Shown here: in pieces, positions 1 through 9,976 of the stretch
How positions within the stretch are numbered: position 1 is the stretch's first letter
Layout of the letters: every line of letters starts with the position of its first letter
NCBI GenBank assembly: GCA_021108075.1
Contig: JAIORP010000012.1
Coordinates: 6,539-70,538 of the forward strand
Direction: 5' to 3'
Source of the DNA: Candidatus Omnitrophota bacterium
Lineage (GTDB): Bacteria > Omnitrophota > Gorgyraeia > Zapsychrales > Zapsychraceae
DNA: 64,000 nucleotides
The notes under the pieces: model-generated
Database searches by the model: none
Told to the model about the DNA's origin: nothing
The model's input: the letters and a program-made list of their open reading frames with translations, nothing else
Position numbers and translations under genes: made by a program

Positions 1-954
1 ACACATACGGCGCCTATCTACATCAGGCTGACGGGATTTTTGAGGTGAAGGCGGGGGAGAAGAAGACCCGGGTTTCACCGAAGAAGGTTCAGTCTATCGT
101 GATGACAACGGGCGTTAGTTTGTCTTCGGACGCGGTACAGTTGGCTGTCGAAAATAATATCGATATTTTGTTTTTGGATTATTTTGGAAATCCATACGGG
201 CGAGTATGGCACGGCCGTTTGGGGTCGACAGCCCGTATCCGGCGTGCTCAGCTTGAATTTGCGCTCTCGGACGAGGGGCTTAAAATCGGTCAAAAATTTG
301 TTGATAAGAAATTTGATAATCAAATTGTGTTCTTGCGTAATCTGCGGGATAGACGGACGGCTATGTCTGCGGAAATTACCGCTGCTATTAACATGATCAA
401 AGATGCCAGAGAGAAATTGATGACAGTAGAAGGGAATGCCAATGAGATGCGCGGCAGTATTATGGGTATTGAAGGTCAGGCCGGACGGCGTTATTGGATG
501 ATTTTAAGCCGGTTGCTCCCCGAGCGTTTCCGTTTCAACGGACGTAGCCGTAATCCTGCCCAGGACGAATTTAATTGTCTTTTAAATTATGCCTACGGAG
601 TTTTATACGGGATCGTCGAACGGGCCTGTGTTCTGGCTGGTATTGATCCGTATGTCGGTTTTATTCATACTGATCATTATGCTAAGACTTCAATGGTTTT
701 TGACGTGATCGAGGGCTACCGTATTTTTGCGGACGAAACGGTTTTTAATTTGTTTTCTCGTAAGAAAGTTAAAAAGGCGCTTTTTAACCGCATGCAGAAC
801 GGTTTTGTCTTGAATAAAGAAGGGAAGGCCGTTTTGCTGGTTGATTACAATGAATATCTGGATAACAGCATTCTATATAACGGACGCCGCTTGAAACGGC
901 GTGATACCATTCAGTTTGATTTGCATAAATTGGCTAATAGTTGGATAAAAACAA

Positions 955-968
<14 letters not shown>
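1..968 (+). CDS. cas1: CRISPR-associated endonuclease Cas1 (5'-truncated by window edge)
   Basis: ORF 45..968 (GTG) stays open to nt 3 with Cas1-like residues (YGAYLHQADGIFEV...VENNIDILFLD); Cas1-sized; followed by cas2, cas4 and the CRISPR array. Confidence 0.85.
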
Positions 969-1241
<273 letters not shown>

Positions 1242-1261
1242 CCTGAATCAGGTGGAGCTTC

Positions 1262-1867
1262 ATGCCTAGAACAAGCGATCCTCAGCAACAATTGATGATA
1301 ACACCCAGTGAAGTGATGGAGTACTTGTACTGTCCGCGCTTTACATATTATCTTAATGTTCTGCGGATTTCGCAATATGAGAAAAATCGATATAAAGTGC
1401 TGAAAGGAAGGCAAGTTCATGAGCAGCGTCTGCGGCATAATAAAAGTTATTTACCTAAAAAGATCCCTGTGTTAAAAAAAGAAATCGATGTTTATTTGGC
1501 GGATCCCGGGTTGAGAGTGCGGGGGATTGTTGATGAAATTTTATATCTGGAAGATGGAACACTTGCACCTGTCGACTATAAATTTAGCCCGTTTAAGGAA
1601 AGTGTATATAAGACCCATAAGGTGCAGATGTGCTTATACGCGCTTTTGATTGAAAGGACGTACGGTAGACCGGTTATAAAAGGTTATATCGCGTATATCC
1701 GCGGGGGCAGTAAGACCCTGGATGTAGATATAACAGAAGGTATGAAAGCGCACTCTCAAAAAATTGTTGATGATGTTTTTGATATAATTCTATCGGAGAA
1801 ATTGCCGGAGAAGACAAAAAGCAGGGTGCGGTGCGTTGACTGTACTTATAAAAATATTTGTGTCTAA
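1262..1867 (+). CDS. cas4: Cas4 RecB-like nuclease with Fe-S cluster
   Basis: 201 aa; N-terminal Cys (YLYCPRF) and C-terminal CVDCTYKNIC cysteine cluster typical of Cas4; lies between cas2 and the array. Confidence 0.8.
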   Translation: MPRTSDPQQQLMITPSEVMEYLYCPRFTYYLNVLRISQYEKNRYKVLKGRQVHEQRLRHNKSYLPKKIPVLKKEIDVYLADPGLRVRGIVDEILYLEDGTLAPVDYKFSPFKESVYKTHKVQMCLYALLIERTYGRPVIKGYIAYIRGGSKTLDVDITEGMKAHSQKIVDDVFDIILSEKLPEKTKSRVRCVDCTYKNICV

Positions 1868-2040
1868 TCAGAAAAATTTTCTAAGGTCATAAGAATGAAT
1901 AGTTTAGAATATGTTAGATGTAGAAATAGTGCTAAAAAATGCGATAAAAATTGCTTTTTTTATGCTAGTTCTTTGACATTTCGGTATAATATTTGGATAA
2001 AGGAACTGTTTGACATATATCAAGTTAGAGAAAATTTGCG
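1868..2040 (+). promoter_or_regulatory. CRISPR leader (AT-rich, promoter-like TTGACA/TATAAT elements)
   Basis: AT-rich 173 bp between cas4 and the first repeat; the degenerate repeat sits at the far end of the array, so the leader is proximal. Confidence 0.5.
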
Positions 2041-5000
2041 GTCGAGAAACCTCATCCAGTAAAACAAGGATTGAAACACTTTTGCTCTAACCCAATCGAT
2101 ATTTCCGTTATTGTCGAGAAACCTCATCCAGTAAAACAAGGATTGAAACTCCACAGGTTATCCACAGGGCACACAGATGTATGGGGTCGAGAAACCTCAT
2201 CCAGTAAAACAAGGATTGAAACTCCATGCAATTATCATAGCATAGTTCTTCAAATTTTTGTCGAGAAACCTCATCCAGTAAAACAAGGATTGAAACTCGT
2301 GAGTAAACAATGAACGAGAGAAATAATTTAGTCGAGAAACCTCATCCAGTAAAACAAGGATTGAAACTCGTGAGTAAACAATGAACGAGAGAAATAATTT
2401 AGTCGAGAAACCTCATCCAGTAAAACAAGGATTGAAACAGAATTTTACGTTTTTCTTGAGTAGTAAGATTGTTGTCGAGAAACCTCATCCAGTAAAACAA
2501 GGATTGAAACCTCGCTAACAGGTGTTGATACGTCCTTAATGGGGTGTCGAGAAACCTCATCCAGTAAAACAAGGATTGAAACTATCCGCGTCTGATGGCA
2601 ATTAATTATTAACAACCAAGTCGAGAAACCTCATCCAGTAAAACAAGGATTGAAACCGCGATTATTCTGTTTTTCGCCGCGATGAATAAACGTCGAGAAA
2701 CCTCATCCAGTAAAACAAGGATTGAAACCACATGGATATACACATGCAAGTAAGTATACAGCGTCGAGAAACCTCATCCAGTAAAACAAGGATTGAAACT
2801 CAGGTCATTACCTGCTGGATTGCGCGATAATCTACGTCGAGAAACCTCATCCAGTAAAACAAGGATTGAAACTTTTTTTGCCACGGCTGCCTGCATTACT
2901 GATGATTGTCGAGAAACCTCATCCAGTAAAACAAGGATTGAAACTTGAGCAACGTTTGCAAAACGTTCAGAATCAGCGATGTCGAGAAACCTCATCCAGT
3001 AAAACAAGGATTGAAACCAGATAATATCCTTATCAACCGCTATCTGTTTTGTGTCGAGAAACCTCATCCAGTAAAACAAGGATTGAAACTTAGCAACACT
3101 CAGCGACGATAGTCGACAATGGGGTGTCGAGAAACCTCATCCAGTAAAACAAGGATTGAAACAAAGAGTCCATTCCGCCGTCCCCTGGACAGCAAAGTCG
3201 AGAAACCTCATCCAGTAAAACAAGGATTGAAACAGCACAATGTCTATTCGCACAAGCCATCCACGCATTGTCGAGAAACCTCATCCAGTAAAACAAGGAT
3301 TGAAACTGCGTAACATGTTCGAATCGCGAGTTTCCGAAGAGGTCGAGAAACCTCATCCAGTAAAACAAGGATTGAAACCCGTTTGCGACGTAAACGCCGA
3401 TCACATCAGTATCGTCGAGAAACCTCATCCAGTAAAACAAGGATTGAAACATTCTGCCCAAACCGTTGCAAAATGGGCGGTCTATCGTCGAGAAACCTCA
3501 TCCAGTAAAACAAGGATTGAAACACCATTATCTCGCCGACATTGCAGACCCTAGTTACAGTCGAGAAACCTCATCCAGTAAAACAAGGATTGAAACCGGA
3601 TTGAGCCGTAGCAGGTTGTTGCGACTGCACGGGGTCGAGAAACCTCATCCAGTAAAACAAGGATTGAAACGCTGAGCACGGTACAATTATGATTATGGGT
3701 GTTGTGGTCGAGAAACCTCATCCAGTAAAACAAGGATTGAAACTATAGGGAAATCACCGGACTAAAAAAATACTGGCCAGTCGAGAAACCTCATCCAGTA
3801 AAACAAGGATTGAAACTGAATTGGGTCAGTGTACATGGGAAGAACGACGGAAAGTCGAGAAACCTCATCCAGTAAAACAAGGATTGAAACTAAATATGAA
3901 TCCACATGTTATCAGCATCCGTTGAGTCGAGAAACCTCATCCAGTAAAACAAGGATTGAAACACCGGAACGCAATCTTACGCTGACGATGTAGCAAGTCG
4001 AGAAACCTCATCCAGTAAAACAAGGATTGAAACCGAGGTGATTGCGAGGGTACTCTAATGTTGGAAGCGTGTCGAGAAACCTCATCCAGTAAAACAAGGA
4101 TTGAAACAATTTTCTTCACTGACTGTACAAATGCGATAAGCCGTCGAGAAACCTCATCCAGTAAAACAAGGATTGAAACTAAAAAGCGAGTCTAATCATT
4201 TCAACTCTCCTTCCGGTGTCGAGAAACCTCATCCAGTAAAACAAGGATTGAAACACCGGAACGAAGGGATTGAAGTTGAAGATAAAGCAGTCGAGAAACC
4301 TCATCCAGTAAAACAAGGATTGAAACTTGTATATCCCGTTAATAGCGTTACTGGGATCTTGGTCGAGAAACCTCATCCAGTAAAACAAGGATTGAAACAC
4401 TCTAGCGGTAACGTCTCTCAGCTTACTAGGGACCGTCGAGAAACCTCATCCAGTAAAACAAGGATTGAAACCATTTTTTCGCATTTTTTTTCGAAATTGT
4501 GGCAGCGGTCGAGAAACCTCATCCAGTAAAACAAGGATTGAAACAAAAAACGCGGGGTTTGCCTCGGCTGCAGGGTTCAAGTCGAGAAACCTCATCCAGT
4601 AAAACAAGGATTGAAACGCAAGAAATTACAGTCGCAGAATTACGAGATTTTCGTCGAGAAACCTCATCCAGTAAAACAAGGATTGAAACATAATCCAAAT
4701 AAACAAACTAAAGAAATGAAAATAAAGTCGAGAAACCTCATCCAGTAAAACAAGGATTGAAACGTTTTAGCTCCAGATTATCTTTTTTTGTGGTACCCAA
4801 GTCGAGAAACCTCATCCAGTAAAACAAGGATTGAAACCTCAAGCTCCTCGTCTCCGAAAGAATCCATATAAGGTCGAGAAACCTCATCCAGTAAAACAAG
4901 GATTGAAACCAAATAACGCAAAAAGTTATTGCAAAAGCGACAGAGTCGAGAAACCTCATCCAGTAAAACAAGGATTGAAACATCCTGGGGTTGAATGAAA

Positions 5001-5492
5001 TTTATTACAGTTTCGCGGGTCGAGAAACCTCATCCAGTAAAACAAGGATTGAAACATGATTTTATTTTTGCACTAATCCGGACAGGATCAAGTCGAGAAA
5101 CCTCATCCAGTAAAACAAGGATTGAAACATCCTATGCGTCAGTTCTCCGGGTGCGGTGTGATTGTCGAGAAACCTCATCCAGTAAAACAAGGATTGAAAC
5201 ATCAACCTGCGCATACCGGTTAACGCCCAATTAAATAGTCGAGAAACCTCATCCAGTAAAACAAGGATTGAAACAGTTCTTGCTTGGAAGAGTCCCCGGA
5301 TGCCGCTTGCGTCGAGAAACCTCATCCAGTAAAACAAGGATTGAAACGCGCAGCTCGAAGCGCAGATGGCGGAGTCGCAAGAAGTCGAGAAACCTCATCC
5401 AGTAAAACAAGGATTGAAACGATACAAGGACTTCATGACGGTACCAGCGAAGTTAGTCGAGAAATCTCATCCAGTAAAACAAGGATTGATTG
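2041..5492 (+). CRISPR. CRISPR array: 48 repeats of 37 nt (GTCGAGAAACCTCATCCAGTAAAACAAGGATTGAAAC), 47 spacers of ~34-37 nt, terminal repeat degenerate
   Basis: Exact 37-nt direct repeats with ~72-nt period, counted by hand. The last unit (5456..5492) carries substitutions (GAAATCTCAT...GATTGATTGAAG). The repeat 3' end ATTGAAAC matches the Cas6-type 8-nt crRNA handle. Confidence 0.97.
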
Positions 5493-5630
5493 AAGCTTAT
5501 CAAGGCCGCATATGGGCTGAAAGTGTTTCGCTTAAGGACTCTATCTGTTACATCTCCTTAACTATTAATTCAACTGCTGAAATTGTTTAAATGATTTTAT
5601 AGGAAAGCGTTATAGTGAATTTTTTGGTTT

Positions 5631-5648
5631 TTGTGATTTTTTTCACAA
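5631..5648 (+). promoter_or_regulatory. Candidate Rex operator TTGTGATTTTTTTCACAA
   Basis: 18-bp inverted repeat matching the Rex consensus TTGTGAA-N4-TTCACAA with one mismatch, immediately upstream of the rex -35 box. A second partial site, TTGTGAAATTTGGAACAA, lies at 5689..5706. Confidence 0.6.
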
Positions 5649-5654
5649 AACACC

Positions 5655-5682
5655 TTGATTTGTAGCGGGAATATGCTATAAT
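5655..5682 (+). promoter_or_regulatory. sigma70-like promoter of rex (-35 TTGATT, extended -10 TGCTATAAT)
   Basis: TTGATT at 5655..5660, 16-nt spacer, TGcTATAAT at 5674..5682, ~30 nt upstream of the rex start. Confidence 0.55.
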
Positions 5683-5713
5683 TTTGTAAAAATTGTGAAA
5701 TTTGGAACAAAAG

Positions 5714-6340
5714 ATGAAAACAACTAAAAATTGTATCACACGCCTTTATCAATATCGGGAGGCGTTGTATCGCATGAAGACATCAGGATGTCAAAAGGTA
5801 TTTTCTAATGATTTAGCTGAAGCAATCGGCGCGAATTCATCCCAGGTCCGTAAAGATTTTTCGCTCTTTGGTATCTCAGGAAATAAACGCGGTGGTTATG
5901 GTATTCATGAATTGATGGATCAGCTGGATACGCTGTTTAATAAGAATCAGATGCGAAAAATTATTGTTGTTGGCGTGGGGAATATCGGACGGGCCTTAAT
6001 GAATTATGAGAGCTTTGCCAGGGAGTTGATCCTTATTGAAGCCGCCTTTGATATCGATCCGATGAAGTATGACCGTGAAGCCCTGATTCCGGTCCTTCCG
6101 ATGGAAGAACTGCAGGATTACATTACCCATAACAAAATCAAGATGGCAATCATTGCTGTGCCGTATTTTGCCGCCCAGCAGGTGTTTGACCTGATGTCAG
6201 CTGCCGGTATCAGGGGCGTTGTTAATTTTTCACCTGTCAGCTTGAAAACTCCCGAGGATGTTTTTGTTAATAATGTGAATGTGCAGCTGGAAATAGATAT
6301 TGTTCATTACTTTGTTAATGCGTTAGATAAAAAAGAGTAA
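5714..6340 (+). CDS. rex: Redox-sensing transcriptional repressor Rex
   Basis: Winged-helix N-terminus (SNDLAEAIGANSSQVRKDFSLFG) followed by a Rossmann NADH-binding domain (IIVVGVGNIGRAL); Rex-family length (~208 aa); start taken at ATG 5714 (the ORF track uses TTG 5702). Confidence 0.85.
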   Translation: MKTTKNCITRLYQYREALYRMKTSGCQKVFSNDLAEAIGANSSQVRKDFSLFGISGNKRGGYGIHELMDQLDTLFNKNQMRKIIVVGVGNIGRALMNYESFARELILIEAAFDIDPMKYDREALIPVLPMEELQDYITHNKIKMAIIAVPYFAAQQVFDLMSAAGIRGVVNFSPVSLKTPEDVFVNNVNVQLEIDIVHYFVNALDKKE

Positions 6341-6564
6341 GAAAATATATTTTTTGAAGAATTGTTTGCGTTTTGATATATTTTTACCGGAGGAGTGGGT
6401 AACTTTTGGAAATCGTTCTAAAATTCAACACGTCATTCAGTTCTTTCAGCGCAATCAATGTGATCCTTAGATAATACATTTCGGTATTTTTAATGGAGTG
6501 AATTCCTCTGAGCTCTGCTGCGAGGAGATTCATTATATTACTCAAAAAACAGGAATAGGCCCAT

Positions 6565-8397
6565 ATGAAATTAAAAAGCAAAATGCTTTTTTCTGTAATC
6601 AGTATCATTGTTTTTTTGGGACTGTTTATTTCGTTTTTTGGCTTTCTCTTTGTTAAGAAGCACATTGTCGATCAAGCCCAACGTCAAATATCCATGGATT
6701 TGAAAGTCGCCCGATCTGTCTATGAAAAGCCTTTTGAACTGATGCGCGTCGGTTTTGATATGTACCGTACGGACCAATCCCTGGGCATGATCAAGGACAA
6801 TGTCGATCTGGATTATCTCGTTCTGCTTGATCAAAGTGGACTGGGCCAATTGACCGGCAATATTGCCCGTAAGGCCTACCGGACAAAACAGGCCTGTTTC
6901 GGAACACGCGTCATGGGGCATCAGGAACTGGAAGCTTTAGGCTCCCTGGACGCGTCGCCTTACGTGATCGCTCTTAAAGCGACCCCTGAATCGAGGCCCA
7001 CAGATCAGACGATTGTTAAAGATGTTATGGTGCTTGAGTATGCTAAGCCGCTGTTAGACGCTAACGGTGTCGTCCGGCAGTTATTGTACGGCGGCCGGAT
7101 TTTGACGCGCGATTATCCTTTTGTGGATGATATTGTCAAGGTGGTCTTTGAAAATAAAATTTACAACAATAAACCCGTTGGAACGGTCACGATTTTTCAG
7201 GACGATGTTCGTATTGCCACCAATGTGATCGACGATCAAGGCCAAAGGGCGATTGGAACACGGGTGTCTGATATCGTCTATGAAAAAGTTGTCGATCAAG
7301 GCGAAGTCTGGAATGACCGGGCTTTTGTTGTGACCGACTGGTATTTGACCGCCTATGAGCCAATAAGAAATATTGATGGAAATATCCTTGGTATTTTATA
7401 TGTCGGAATACTCGAGCAGCCTTACCACGACACGCAACGGAGTATCTTTTTAGCTTTTATCTCCCTTATTGCTGTCGCTTCTCTGATAGCCGCCGGGTTA
7501 GCGGTTTGGATCAGTGACCGGATATCAAACCCGATCAGTAGCCTCATGCAAACAATACGTAAGATCGGAGCGGGTGATTTGAAAAGCAAGGTTGAGAAGA
7601 GAACGGAGATTGATGAATTCAATGAATTGATTATCGCGCTCAATGATATGTCCGACCGGTTAAGTGAAAGGGAAAAGAATGTCGCGGATTCAAAGAACGC
7701 GATGGCTGAGATGAATAAGCGTTATTTGGATTTGATCGGGTTTGTTTCGCACGAACTGAAAGGATTGTTGTCGTCGATCGTTTTGAACACCTATTTATTG
7801 CAGCAGGGTATCTTAGGTCCTGTTAACGCCAAGCAGAAAAAGATACTGCAGTCGATCGCTCGAAATTTAGATTATTTGACGGTCACGGTCAGGAATTTTT
7901 TGAATTTGAGCCGGGTTGAAAAAGCGGAATTGGTTTTGAGCCGGACGGACCTGTTATTAAAGGAACATGTTTTTGATGTCTCAACCGAAGCGTTTATGCA
8001 TCAGGCCCTGGATAAAGAATTGAAGGTGACAAACAATATTGATCCCAGTATAGAAATCAACGGGGATGCGGGGTTGCTGCAAATTGTGGTCAATAATTTA
8101 TTGAGCAATGCTGTTAAGTACGCCCGCTCTGGCGGATGTATTCAAATCACCTCAAGGGTGATTGAGGGCGAAGTGGAGGTCACGGTTTACAACGATGGAA
8201 CACCGATCGCTTCCGTCGATTTAGATAAATTATTCAAGAAGTTTTCACGTATCGTTTACCGGGGACAAGAAAAAGTCAAAGGAACGGGAATAGGACTATT
8301 TATTACAAAGGAGATTATTGAACGTCATGGTGGTCGGATTTGGGTCGAACCACAGGCGGAAGGTAATGCTTTCAAATTTAGAATAAAGATGAAGTAA
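6565..8397 (+). CDS. Sensor histidine kinase with ~260-aa periplasmic sensor domain, HAMP, HisKA and HATPase
   Basis: Two TM segments (aa ~10-30 and ~290-313); HAMP-like linker; H-box FVSHELKGLL; G-box GTGIGLFITKEIIERHGGRIW. Confidence 0.85.
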   Translation: MKLKSKMLFSVISIIVFLGLFISFFGFLFVKKHIVDQAQRQISMDLKVARSVYEKPFELMRVGFDMYRTDQSLGMIKDNVDLDYLVLLDQSGLGQLTGNIARKAYRTKQACFGTRVMGHQELEALGSLDASPYVIALKATPESRPTDQTIVKDVMVLEYAKPLLDANGVVRQLLYGGRILTRDYPFVDDIVKVVFENKIYNNKPVGTVTIFQDDVRIATNVIDDQGQRAIGTRVSDIVYEKVVDQGEVWNDRAFVVTDWYLTAYEPIRNIDGNILGILYVGILEQPYHDTQRSIFLAFISLIAVASLIAAGLAVWISDRISNPISSLMQTIRKIGAGDLKSKVEKRTEIDEFNELIIALNDMSDRLSEREKNVADSKNAMAEMNKRYLDLIGFVSHELKGLLSSIVLNTYLLQQGILGPVNAKQKKILQSIARNLDYLTVTVRNFLNLSRVEKAELVLSRTDLLLKEHVFDVSTEAFMHQALDKELKVTNNIDPSIEINGDAGLLQIVVNNLLSNAVKYARSGGCIQITSRVIEGEVEVTVYNDGTPIASVDLDKLFKKFSRIVYRGQEKVKGTGIGLFITKEIIERHGGRIWVEPQAEGNAFKFRIKMK

Positions 8398-8629
8398 TAT
8401 CAATAACAAAATATAATTTGGAGTGATGATAAAACGGAATTGGAATAACGATGTGAGACTGACAGGATCAACCGAACAAGCCTGTTCGGTCCACCCCGGT
8501 GTGAGGACGAATTAATTTTTTCACTAATGGTGTGTGGAAGAGATTGTCTCCTGTGCTTCCTGGGGTGTTCAGTATCTCCTGGGATAATAACATAAGCTGT
8601 CGGTTAAAAAACAGCAAAGAGGAAAGAAG

Positions 8630-9481
8630 ATGAAAAATAAAATTTTACTTATTGATGATGATGCTGATTTTGTGGAAGCGACTCAATTATTGTTAGAAGC
8701 CAACGGTTATGATGTCTGTTGCGCGTCGAATGGAAAGGAAGGTTTCCAAAAGGTTAAGGAGGAATCTCCTGACCTGATCTTTCTTGATATGATGATGACG
8801 TATAAGACCGAGGGGGCGGAAACGGCGAAAGCGATGGCTGCTGATGCCGCCATCAAGATGATTCCCATTATTTTGATCACAGGAGCGGGCAAAGAAAAAG
8901 ATTTTCCGATGGATTTAAAAACATCGGACATACCTGTTAAGAGGATCCTCGAGAAACCGATCAACCCGGAAACACTTATTCAAGTAGCGAAGAGCTATAT
9001 CGGTTTGACAGGTAAAGAACGCCGTGAGTTTGTTGGGACATTAGACGCGATTGTTGGGAAATGGAAGGATAAAGAAGGCAATTTGATCATGATTTTGCAC
9101 GCGATTCAAAAGCATTACGGTTATGTGCCCCGAAATGTCTCCTTTGAATTGTGCCGGCTCTTGCATGTTCCGCTCGCGCGAATTTACGAAGTTATCACGT
9201 TCTACAACTATTTTAAATTAGAACCGCCGGGAAAAAATTTGATATCCATGTGTATGGGTACCGCTTGTTATTTAAAAGGAACACCGCAAATTCTTGACGA
9301 AATTAAAAATATCCTGGGGATTGAAGCCGGAGAGACAACGAAAGATGGATTTTTTCAATTGCAAAATGTCCGTTGTTTGGGCTGTTGCGGCCTGGCTCCC
9401 GTTATGATGATCAACGATAAGGTGTATGGTAAGGTCCAACGCGGTGAGGTCATGGATATTTTATCTGAATATACAAAATGA
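8630..9481 (+). CDS. hndA: Receiver (REC) domain fused to NuoE/HndA-like thioredoxin-fold [2Fe-2S] hydrogenase subunit
   Basis: N-terminal CheY-like domain with DDD acidic pocket, phospho-acceptor Asp in DLIFLDMMM, T in ILITGAG and K in EKPI. C-terminal NuoE motifs (CMGTACYLKG...CLGCCGLAPVMMIND). Confidence 0.8.
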   Translation: MKNKILLIDDDADFVEATQLLLEANGYDVCCASNGKEGFQKVKEESPDLIFLDMMMTYKTEGAETAKAMAADAAIKMIPIILITGAGKEKDFPMDLKTSDIPVKRILEKPINPETLIQVAKSYIGLTGKERREFVGTLDAIVGKWKDKEGNLIMILHAIQKHYGYVPRNVSFELCRLLHVPLARIYEVITFYNYFKLEPPGKNLISMCMGTACYLKGTPQILDEIKNILGIEAGETTKDGFFQLQNVRCLGCCGLAPVMMINDKVYGKVQRGEVMDILSEYTK

Positions 9482-9535
9482 TATTTGAAGACGGGCACTC
9501 CGTGAGGTCGCCTGGTTGATTGAAGGAGAAAAATA

Positions 9536-9883
9536 ATGAGTTCAAGTAAAGTCAATATAGATGAGATCAAAAAGAACATCAATAAGAAATCAGGTGATTG
9601 GATAAAGGTTGGGATGAGCACGTGCGGTATTGCCGCCGGGGCTGATAAAGTTTTAGAGAAATTTCAGGAAGAAAAAGAACGCCGAAATTTGGATATCCGT
9701 TTAGAAAAATGTGGCTGTGCCGGTATGTGTTACGCCGAGCCTTTAGTTGAAATTCGCGTTAAAGGAATGCCGCAGGTTGTATATGGAAAGGTTGACGCAA
9801 AAGTAGTTGTCGAAATCATTGATCGTCATGTTCTCCGGAAGCAATTACTGGATGATCATATATATAACATTAAGGTTCAATAA
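9536..9883 (+). CDS. hndB: Small HndB-like thioredoxin-fold [2Fe-2S] ferredoxin subunit
   Basis: 115 aa with Cys motifs STCGIAAGA...CGCAGMCYAEP; sits between the NuoE-like and NuoF-like genes as in hndABCD operons. Confidence 0.6.
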   Translation: MSSSKVNIDEIKKNINKKSGDWIKVGMSTCGIAAGADKVLEKFQEEKERRNLDIRLEKCGCAGMCYAEPLVEIRVKGMPQVVYGKVDAKVVVEIIDRHVLRKQLLDDHIYNIKVQ

Positions 9884-9964
9884 TACCAATTTCATTAAAT
9901 AATGACCAGAACCAATTCTGTTTTTCAGAGTTAAAATAGAACAATTTATTAATGGATTTGGCAT
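9883..9964 (+). repeat. MITE-like element, copy a (TIR ATACCAATTTCATTAAATAAT / TTATTAATGGATTTGGCAT)
   Basis: Terminal inverted repeats flanking a core related to copies b-h; ends 12 nt before the hndC start. Confidence 0.7.
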
Positions 9965-9976
9965 AAATGAGCGCAT

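Noticed and set aside
2071-5590. Many 60-120-aa ORFs on both strands inside the CRISPR array (for example 2071..2313, 3090..3461, 4173..4529)
   Set aside because: Their translations are just the repeat read in-frame over and over (VEKPHPVKQGLK on the plus strand, FQSLFYWMRFLD on the minus strand); artefacts of the 72-nt periodicity.
8471-8520. Hairpin ACCGAACAAGCCTGTTCGGT after the kinase gene as a terminator
   Set aside because: The T-run lies ~24 nt downstream of the stem, too far for a canonical intrinsic terminator; left unannotated.
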